Shown here piece after piece: positions 57,100-64,000 of a DNA stretch of 64,000 nt. The position numbers were made by a program, and so were the translations under genes. Source of the DNA: Gammaproteobacteria bacterium (GTDB lineage Bacteria > Pseudomonadota > Gammaproteobacteria > HK1); NCBI GenBank assembly GCA_965222535.1, contig OZ244957.1, positions 1,539,550 to 1,603,549 on the forward strand. Direction: 5' to 3'. Each line of letters begins with the position of its first letter. Position 1 is the first letter of the stretch. A model generated the notes under the pieces. That model saw only the letters and a list, made by a program, of their open reading frames with translations, made no database searches and was not told the origin of the DNA.

Positions 57100-58412
57100 T
57101 GCTGGCGGTCATGTTGTAAGGCCTGGCGCTGTTCGAGCCGCAGCGCCTCAGCGACCACCAGCACCGAACCGAAAATAATAATGCGATCGTTGCTGTCGCA
57201 GCGCTGGTAGGCAGCTTGATAGGCGCTCGAAAAAGTATCAAACGCGCTTGACGGACCGGGGCAGTGGCGGCATAGCGCCTCTGCCGCACGCCCGCGCGGC
57301 GCATCCAAGGTAACACAATACCAGTGCGCTACCTGCCAGCGCAATGCGGCAAGCATTGCGCTGGCGTCTTTGTCCTGCAGTACCGCGACGATCGCCAGCG
57401 TGTAGCGTGGGGACTGGTGTTTTTCCGTCGCACGTAAAAACGCAGCTAACGCCGCTGTCGCCTCTGGGTTATGTGCGATATCAACGATTACCTCGGGGGC
57501 TGGGGTGTTCTCTGATACCGGCGCTGTGGGTGCCAAGTGCAACTGCTGGCAACGGCCGCGGATGTTGGCCGCGGCGATTGCCGGGGCGATCGACATGGCG
57601 TCTGGACGCCATGCTTCAGGCAGCGCAAATACCGCGGCGATCGCGGTGGCGCAGTGTAAATGACGGTAGGTATCGGTCAGCCCCGGTTCGGGTAGCGACA
57701 GGCACCGCTGGGGGTCTGACCAGCACCAGCCATCGGCCTCGCGGTGATAGTGGTAGTCAACCCCGACGCGGGTCAACAACGCGCCGCGCGAAGCCGCCGT
57801 CGCAAGCAATGATCGCGGTGGGGCTGGATCACCGCATACCGCGGCGCGTTGCGGGCGCATGATAGCGGCCTTTTCCGCCCCGATCTGCTCGCGGTCAGCA
57901 CCCAGCCATTGGCAATGGTCGAGCGCAATACGGGTAATCACCGCAACCGCAGGAGAGAAAACATTAACGGCGTCTAAGCGCCCTCCTAAACCGACCTCGA
58001 GAACCGCTATCGACACCTGTTGATGGCAAAAGTACAGCATCGCCATCAGCGCGCCACATTCAAAATACGTTAGCTCAACGGTGCCACGTGCGGTGTCCAC
58101 CTGTTCAAACAAGCGCTGCAAAGCGGCGTCATCCACGTTTTTACCGGCCACCCGGATACGCTCACCAAAGCGCAACAGATGAGGTGAAGTCCAGGTGCCG
58201 GTGCGCTGGCCGGCGCTGTGCAAGATGGCCTCAATAGCGGCGACCGTTGAACCTTTGCCGTTGGTGCCGGCGACACTTATCAGCGGAAACGGCGGCGGCA
58301 ATAACCCAAGCCGCCCAGCGACCGTATGGCAGCGCTCAAGCCCAAGCTGTATCGCGCTGTTGGGACGCAAGGCTTCCTGACGGTTAAGCCATTGCTCCAG
58401 AGTCTGCGACAT
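57096..58412 (-). CDS. folC: bifunctional folylpolyglutamate synthase / dihydrofolate synthase
   Basis: VAGTNGKGSTVAAIEAIL P-loop, TSPHLLRFGERIRV, and the VLEVGLGGRLDAVN pattern. ATG 58412 is the likely start; the ORF extends to TTG 58460. Confidence 0.9.
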   Translation of the reverse strand: MSQTLEQWLNRQEALRPNSAIQLGLERCHTVAGRLGLLPPPFPLISVAGTNGKGSTVAAIEAILHSAGQRTGTWTSPHLLRFGERIRVAGKNVDDAALQRLFEQVDTARGTVELTYFECGALMAMLYFCHQQVSIAVLEVGLGGRLDAVNVFSPAVAVITRIALDHCQWLGADREQIGAEKAAIMRPQRAAVCGDPAPPRSLLATAASRGALLTRVGVDYHYHREADGWCWSDPQRCLSLPEPGLTDTYRHLHCATAIAAVFALPEAWRPDAMSIAPAIAAANIRGRCQQLHLAPTAPVSENTPAPEVIVDIAHNPEATAALAAFLRATEKHQSPRYTLAIVAVLQDKDASAMLAALRWQVAHWYCVTLDAPRGRAAEALCRHCPGPSSAFDTFSSAYQAAYQRCDSNDRIIIFGSVLVVAEALRLEQRQALQHDRQQ

Positions 58413-58460
58413 GTCAGAGGGTTGCGTCCAAGCCGCGCCACGGTGGTGGCGGGTTGCCAA

Positions 58461-59318
58461 TCAGTTGCCGTTTGCCAGCAATGCCAGCAGGGAAGCGATG
58501 CGGTCACGCATTTGCCGCCTGTCAATGATCATGTCAATCGCGCCATGCGCCAATAAGAACTCACTGCGCTGAAAATCATGCGGCAGTTTCTGTTTGATCG
58601 TTTGCTCGATGATGCGTGGACCAGTGAAGCAGATTAAAGCTTTTGGTTCGGCGATATTGATGTCGCCCAGCATCCCGATGCTCGCTGAGACGCCGCCGCT
58701 GGTGGGATCGGTGAGCACCGAAATATACGGCAGGCGGTGGCTGCGCAGGCGCGCTACTGCAGCGCTGGTTTTTGCCATCTGCATTAGCGCCAGCAGGCCC
58801 TCTTGCATCCGTGCTCCGCCACTGCAGGAGAAGCAGATCAAGGGCGTTTTATGCGTGATCGCGCTATCGACCGCTCGCACAAACCGCTCGCCAACCACTG
58901 AGCCCATTGAGCCTGCCCTGAAACCATACTCGAAGGCGGTGACTACGAGTGGCAAACCTTTGAGTCGGCCCATGATGACGACCAGCGCATCACTCTCGCC
59001 GCTGGTTGCCTGATCGGCTGTCAACTGCTCTTGGTAGACCTTATTGGCTTTGAAGTGCAGCACGTCCACCGGTTTTATATCGGCACCGATCTCAACGCGT
59101 GGTTGCGCATCCAAAAACAAATCAAGGCGGCGGCGCGCATTCTGGCGTATATGATGATCACACTTTGGGCAGACATCAAAGCTATGCGCAAGTTCAGTCA
59201 CGTGCAGCACCGCATTGCAATGCGGACACTTGTTCCACAGCCCTTCCGGGATTTGGCTCTTGATGCGGTTGCTTTGGGTGCGGATGCGCTCCGGCAGTAG
59301 TTTCTGAAACCAGTTCAA
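58461..59318 (-). CDS. accD: acetyl-CoA carboxylase carboxyltransferase beta subunit
   Basis: Zn ribbon CPHCNAVL...CPKCDHH, and GGARMQEG. Confidence 0.95.
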   Translation of the reverse strand: MNWFQKLLPERIRTQSNRIKSQIPEGLWNKCPHCNAVLHVTELAHSFDVCPKCDHHIRQNARRRLDLFLDAQPRVEIGADIKPVDVLHFKANKVYQEQLTADQATSGESDALVVIMGRLKGLPLVVTAFEYGFRAGSMGSVVGERFVRAVDSAITHKTPLICFSCSGGARMQEGLLALMQMAKTSAAVARLRSHRLPYISVLTDPTSGGVSASIGMLGDINIAEPKALICFTGPRIIEQTIKQKLPHDFQRSEFLLAHGAIDMIIDRRQMRDRIASLLALLANGN

Positions 59319-59469
59319 GGTTGGTTATCCGGCCGTTTTACAGCACATGGCGGTGTATGGATTGGCATCAACAGCAGCATTGCCGTATAATAGCAGATAC
59401 GATTGGCATAGGTTGCCGCTTTACTGCCGGTAGCATCAGCAGCGCTGCATGCTAAGTACCTTATGCAGC

Positions 59470-59979
59470 ATTATATACCGGTGTTACTTGAAGATGCTTG
59501 ATTGAGCACGCCCCCATGCTTCGGGCGGTGCTCTGGAATCTGAAGCGTTATTTAATCCTGAAAACCAAGCGGCGCTTAGCTTTCAGGAGAATAAGGAGGG
59601 TAAAGCGGTTTATATTGGGGAAAGGGGGGGGGACTATTGGATCGACTGTAATCAGTCCACGAAACGCCCCCTTCTCCCCAACCCCCTATCTCCTTTCCTT
59701 GTATGACCGGCTCTTCTGAATTTTCGCCTACAAATTGGGCTTCGATAAACGCTCTGTAAAAGGGCTTCGGGCGAGGCTCTGGGATGAGAGCATGACAATA
59801 GCCCTTTCCTGCACCTTCAAGTAGCATGAGTATATATGATGCGTTACAAGCGCCCCTTGGCAATACCTAGGTGATGCGTGTCTTATTGAGGAAAATGATT
59901 GCAAATCACATGGTTATGATCAACATTGAGTGTTGCCCCTTTCCCTCCCGCCTCCCCGAAAAGTTTTTCGAGGTCCCCT
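59470..59979. repeat. stack of family-B and family-A repeat modules
   Basis: 59470-59620 matches 52745-52870. 59605-59695 and 59936-59979 are family-A arms. 59750-59835 matches 53170-53256. Confidence 0.8.
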
Positions 59980-60122
59980 AGGGGGTAATAGCGCAAGGAG
60001 CGGAGCAGAAAAACCGCCAGCGCCGTTGCGCGCCACCACCGTTTTTCTATCACCACTGTTTGCTTGCTCGATGTCAAGCCTGCCCGCGTAACACGCGACC
60101 TGATTTTTATTCGATTGCCATT

Positions 60123-60707
60123 ATGCCAACCGCCATTATAAATAACGGCAAACCCAAGGCAGATGGCTTTGCGTCCGAAAATGGTGCATTGGAGCGCACC
60201 ATTACCACCTTGGAAATGCACCATCCACCCGATTGCCCACCACCACTGTACCAGATGCAGCCTTTGACGGTAATTGAGGCCAAGCAGTGCACGGTTTCTT
60301 TTTATCGTTACCTCTATGACGCCGTAGGAGACAAATGGCTGTGGTATGACCGGCGCTATCTGAGTAATGCACAGTTGAAGGCGATTATCAGCGATCCACA
60401 AGTCACTGTCTGGGTGCTTTATGTGGAAGGCGTACCGGCGGGCTATGCAGAGCTGGATGGGAGACGCCAAAATGAGATCGAATTGGCCTATTTTGGCCTG
60501 ATCCCAGAATTTATCGGGAGGAGGCTTGGGCAGCCGTTTGTCGATTGGGCGGTACACAAAGCATGGCAGGCGAACCCCAAACGGGTATGGCTGCATACGT
60601 GTAATCATGATCACCCCGCAGCGCTTTCTGTTTACCGCCGCGCTGGATTCACCCCCTGCCGCCAAGCAACCCACTGGGTCAGAGCACCACGGGCAATGTC
60701 AGATTGA
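60123..60707 (+). CDS. GNAT-family N-acetyltransferase
   Basis: AGYAELDGRRQNEIELAYFGLIPEFIGRRLGQPFVDWAV...WLHTCNHDHPAALSVYRRAGF is a GNAT motif A/B region. The start is uncertain between 60060 and 60123. Confidence 0.75.
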   Translation: MPTAIINNGKPKADGFASENGALERTITTLEMHHPPDCPPPLYQMQPLTVIEAKQCTVSFYRYLYDAVGDKWLWYDRRYLSNAQLKAIISDPQVTVWVLYVEGVPAGYAELDGRRQNEIELAYFGLIPEFIGRRLGQPFVDWAVHKAWQANPKRVWLHTCNHDHPAALSVYRRAGFTPCRQATHWVRAPRAMSD

Positions 60708-60736
60708 ACCACTGCGATAGAATCCAAGAGGCACAC

Positions 60737-61054
60737 ATGCAAATTAATATTACCGGTAAGCATTTCACTATCTCTGAGAGCTTGCAGCATTATGTGGAAC
60801 AAAAACTGAAACGCTTGGAGCACCATTTCGACTACGTAACCAATGTGCATGTGGTACTCAGCAAGATCGAAAAAACACGGATGAAAGCGGAAGCTACAGT
60901 GCATATTACAGGTGGCAATCTGTTTGCTGATGCTTCAGAGGAAACCATCTACGCGGCGATTGATATACTGGCTGACAAACTTCACCGACAGGTCATCCGA
61001 CACAAAGAAAAGCTCACTAACCACCATCCGCATCGCAGTCTGGGGAGCACCTAA
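60737..61054 (+). CDS. hpf: ribosome hibernation promoting factor (short HPF/YhbH type)
   Basis: MQINITGKHFTISESLQHYVEQKLKRLEHHFD...AEATVHITG...LYAAIDILADKLHRQVIRHKEK. Confidence 0.9.
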   Translation: MQINITGKHFTISESLQHYVEQKLKRLEHHFDYVTNVHVVLSKIEKTRMKAEATVHITGGNLFADASEETIYAAIDILADKLHRQVIRHKEKLTNHHPHRSLGST

Positions 61055-61084
61055 TGCCCGCATCTGGCAGGCAGGTGCGGTGGT

Positions 61085-62293
61085 TCAGGGGGGTGCAGCA
61101 AGCAGAGGGGATGCCGCTGCGGGGAGTTTATGGACGAGGCGGTTGAATAGCAGTTGCAATGCGCGGTCGCTGCGAATAATCAGGTTGGAGCCAGCGATAA
61201 CCAGCTTCACGCTGGTACGCGAGATCTTGATCTGGCGGGAGTGGGTGAATTGCGGGTGTGCGTGAATGTTGCGCAGCGTCAGCACCGCCATTGCCAATGC
61301 CCAGATACAGAAACGACGCATCCCGGTTTCACTGCGGGGCAGGATTAGGGTGTAGGTCAGCGCATTATGCAGGTGCTGCCTGACGATGCTGAGGAGCTTG
61401 TAAAATCCTGTCTGGTACTGTTGATTTAGGTTATCGGGGCCGAGATCACAGAGATTATAGCCAGCACTTTGGAATACATCCTGCGGTAACCAACACGTAC
61501 CGCGTTGCTGATCTTCCCAGATATCTTTGATGATATTGGTCATCTGCAAAGCCTGACCGAATGACACCGCCAAGGGTAACAATTCCTCTTGGCGAGGGCG
61601 CAGTTGGTTGGTATAGTCACAGAATATCTCGGTCAGCATCTCGCCGACGACACCAGCGACGCAGTAGCAATAACGATCCAGTTGCGCCAGGTCAGGGAGT
61701 CCGTGAGTCGGTGCGGGGTGCTGGAACTCAAGCATCCCAGTTGTCATGATGCGCAAACAGCGCAGGATCGCTGCGCGCTGGGTTTGATTGAGAGCGTGGG
61801 TGATGTGGATCACCGATTCGGTATGCGCCACCAACTGACGTGCTGCGGTCGCGGTAGCCGTAGCCGTAGCAGGCAGGACGGCAAGACATCCAGCGGCGAA
61901 GCACTGCGCTGGCAGATCTCCAGCAACCGCTTCGATGAGTTGCTGCAACAGCGTCTGCTTGCGTTGCCAGTCGATAGTGGGTTCGTCTTCAACGGTATCT
62001 GCGAGCCGACACAGCAGATAGGCGTTTCCAACGGCTATCGCTAATGGTGCCGGCAGGGATGGGATGGTGAGGGCGAACGTACGCGAGACGCGCTGCAGCA
62101 ACCAATCTTGGCATTCCAGAGCAGGATCTGGTAAGTGAGTACTCACTAACACATCACTTCTGACAGGCACTGCTGTTGGACGAAACCGCGCAATCGCGCT
62201 GCCGTCATTCCAAGGACGCTTAAAAACAAAGGCTGTATTTGTTGCATAGCTTTGATATATGCGAGAAATAGATGCACCTACATGGTATTCCAT
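61085..62293 (-). CDS. squalene/phytoene synthase family protein (squalene synthase-like)
   Basis: VSRTFALTIPSLPAPLAIAVGNAYLLCRLADTVEDE and CYCVAGVVGEMLT are Asp-rich-motif regions of the trans-isoprenyl diphosphate synthase head-to-head family. The true start is probably internal (GTG 62152 or 62146), because the maximal ORF overlaps the divergent TPR gene. Confidence 0.75.
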   Translation of the reverse strand: MEYHVGASISRIYQSYATNTAFVFKRPWNDGSAIARFRPTAVPVRSDVLVSTHLPDPALECQDWLLQRVSRTFALTIPSLPAPLAIAVGNAYLLCRLADTVEDEPTIDWQRKQTLLQQLIEAVAGDLPAQCFAAGCLAVLPATATATATAARQLVAHTESVIHITHALNQTQRAAILRCLRIMTTGMLEFQHPAPTHGLPDLAQLDRYCYCVAGVVGEMLTEIFCDYTNQLRPRQEELLPLAVSFGQALQMTNIIKDIWEDQQRGTCWLPQDVFQSAGYNLCDLGPDNLNQQYQTGFYKLLSIVRQHLHNALTYTLILPRSETGMRRFCIWALAMAVLTLRNIHAHPQFTHSRQIKISRTSVKLVIAGSNLIIRSDRALQLLFNRLVHKLPAAASPLLAAPP

Positions 62294-63495
62294 ATCGGCG
62301 TCATACCGGCCTTGAGGTGACGCGCCAACACAGGTTGCATAGACACCGCTGCAGAAGCCCCGGCAGGGGTGTCCGGCGTTATCTGCTGCTTGTCTTGTGG
62401 CTGCTTCCAGTTTCGGCTTTGGGTGGCGGCTTTACGCGGTGCGCTGACGATACACTGACCCCTAACAACCGCATCAACGCCTGCACCATATTTTTACAAG
62501 CCGCCCAGACAGCCACAAACATCGCCAACGCATACAGTAACCGCGGGGTTGCTCACCACCATAAGGGAGAGTATCACTTGGCGATCACCGATTACAACCG
62601 CGCCCTGAAGCAGGCACCCGGCAATGCCCACACTCTCAATAACCGCGGCAGCGCCTACCAGGCCTTAGGTAATATCGCCAACGCCATGCGGGATTACGAT
62701 CGCGCGCTCCGATTGCATCCGCGACTCGCTTCAGCCTACAACAATCGTGGCAACATCTATCGCGGCGACAAACAGTATGAACGTGCGCTGGATGACTACA
62801 ATAACGCTATTCAGATTGAGCCTCAGATGGCTATCGCGTTTTACAACCGTGCTTATACTTATCGCCTGCAAGAGCAATTCGATAAGGCTGTTGACGATTA
62901 CAACCGGGCGATCCAATTGAATGCGGATTATGTCAAGGCGTACATCGGTCGCGGGCGCCTGTTCAGCCTGCAAGGGGAATACCAAAGCGCGCTGGATGAC
63001 TACAACCAAGCCCTGCGCATCGACCCCGAAAATCCTTACGCTTACAACAACAGAGGGGATTTGCATCGGCAGCAAAACCGCTTAGCCGATGCGGTGCGGA
63101 ACTATCAGAAGGCGATTGAATTGTTGCCGCGAAACGCCGAGTTCTATAATAACCTAGCGTGGTTGTTGGCGACGACCAGCGAATCCTACAGCAGCGAGCG
63201 TGCGATTGACCTCGCCCAACGGGCTATCCAGCTCAACACCTATGGCCCCAATCGGCGAAATGCTGTCAGCGTGGCATTTCATTATGACACCTTGGCGGCG
63301 GCTTATGCCAAGATTGGACACTTTGACCACGCGCTAGAAGCACAGCAACGGGCGATCGACAAGATGCGCGAAAGCGGTGCAGAAGACTATATCGCTGATA
63401 TGGAATATCGCTTAAAACTTTACCAGAAGCGGCACCCTTACATTGAAAAAGCCAGCGATATAAGGCGCGCAGAGAAGCCCCGCGAGCCGCAGTAA
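62272..63495 (+). CDS. TPR-repeat protein with an N-terminal hydrophobic (signal or anchor) segment
   Basis: At least 8 consecutive 34-aa TPR units (A.NNRG..Y...G.Y..A..DY..AI...P). LLLVLWLLPVSALG lies near the N-terminus. Confidence 0.8.
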   Translation: MHLHGIPYRRHTGLEVTRQHRLHRHRCRSPGRGVRRYLLLVLWLLPVSALGGGFTRCADDTLTPNNRINACTIFLQAAQTATNIANAYSNRGVAHHHKGEYHLAITDYNRALKQAPGNAHTLNNRGSAYQALGNIANAMRDYDRALRLHPRLASAYNNRGNIYRGDKQYERALDDYNNAIQIEPQMAIAFYNRAYTYRLQEQFDKAVDDYNRAIQLNADYVKAYIGRGRLFSLQGEYQSALDDYNQALRIDPENPYAYNNRGDLHRQQNRLADAVRNYQKAIELLPRNAEFYNNLAWLLATTSESYSSERAIDLAQRAIQLNTYGPNRRNAVSVAFHYDTLAAAYAKIGHFDHALEAQQRAIDKMRESGAEDYIADMEYRLKLYQKRHPYIEKASDIRRAEKPREPQ

Positions 63496-63618
63496 ACAAT
63501 TATCTTTGACGGTCTCGCAAGAAGTCCAATGCAGTCTTTTTCCGGCATTATGAAGGCCAGCGAATCTATACCCCTTTCCTCGATAGAGATGCCCTGTATT
63601 GTTCAAACGGAGTCCCCA

Positions 63619-64000
63619 ATGTTAGGCAGATCAGAAACCACCGCCCCTGCACCGAGCGCTGAAGCGGGGGCGGATATCGACCGTATCATCCATTGGGATC
63701 GTGAGTCATTCCTGCATCCGTGGCAGGCAATGACCGATGCGCCGACAAAGCGCATCGTCTTTACCAAAGGAGAAGGTATTTACTTGTATGACAGCGCTGG
63801 GCGCCGCTACATAGACGGCCCGGGGGGGATGTGGAATGTCCAGATAGGGCATGGCAATGAAGAGATGGCGCAGGCGATCGCCGCCCAAGCCGTCGCTCTG
63901 TCTTACGCCTCGCCGTGGTCCTCGACCTCCGCACCAGCGGCTGCGCTGGCGCATCAACTTGCTGAGCGCTCGCCTGGCGATTTAAATACGGTGTTTTTTA
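63619..64000 (+). CDS. class-III (omega) aminotransferase, N-terminal part (3' end lies outside the window)
   Basis: My own translation from ATG 63619 is MLGRSETT...FLHPWQAM...IVFTKGEGIYLYDSAGRRYIDGPGGMWNVQIGHGNEEMAQAI. This is the typical PLP aminotransferase class III N-terminus. There is no stop before the window end. Confidence 0.8.
   Translation, partial: MLGRSETTAPAPSAEAGADIDRIIHWDRESFLHPWQAMTDAPTKRIVFTKGEGIYLYDSAGRRYIDGPGGMWNVQIGHGNEEMAQAIAAQAVALSYASPWSSTSAPAAALAHQLAERSPGDLNTVFF

Overview
The window looks like chromosomal DNA from a high-GC (roughly 55-65%) proteobacterium, probably a gammaproteobacterium. All protein calls rest on my own motif recognition, with no database search.

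Housekeeping genes: soxA' and soxG, tRNA-Arg(CCG), rsmA, ssb, gyrA, trpS, hisD, fdxA, dnaN, cobT, aceE, aceF, yceD, amiC-like, folC, accD and hpf.

These are interrupted by accessory DNA and by an unusually dense load of intergenic repeats.

Main accessory content:
1. A four-gene minus-strand operon at 6816-17079. It encodes an SNF2 helicase fused to a DUF3883 nuclease, a DUF1156 Zn-ribbon DNA methyltransferase, a PD-(D/E)xK (HsdR_N-like) protein with an unassigned N-terminal domain, and a DUF499 (BrxC/PglY-like) ATPase. This is an R-M/BREX-related defence module of a poorly characterised type. Its methyltransferase is frameshifted by a perfect 23-bp tandem duplication inside the SAM-binding motif.
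2. A very low-GC type II R-M cassette at 17742-19395, fused at its 5' end to a solo end of an IS256-family element.
3. A low-GC islet at about 961-4640 next to tRNA-Arg. It carries orphan genes, a DUF2335 protein and higBA. The higBA part is bracketed by the real 3' end of rsmA and a degenerate copy of that end.
4. An IS graveyard between aceF and yceD. It holds an intact IS256-family element with a 9-bp target duplication nested in an IS5/InsH-like remnant, a GT87-like membrane gene and an IS30 fragment.

Two repeat families fill almost every intergenic space. One is a 100-165 bp MITE-like element with GGGWACCTCGAAAAA terminal inverted repeats. The other is a modular GCTCTGG-rich composite.

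Other notable repeats are a 13 x 15-bp tandem repeat forming the GyrA tail, near-identical tandem lipoyl domains in aceF, and a (GCCGTT)n tract in the methyltransferase.
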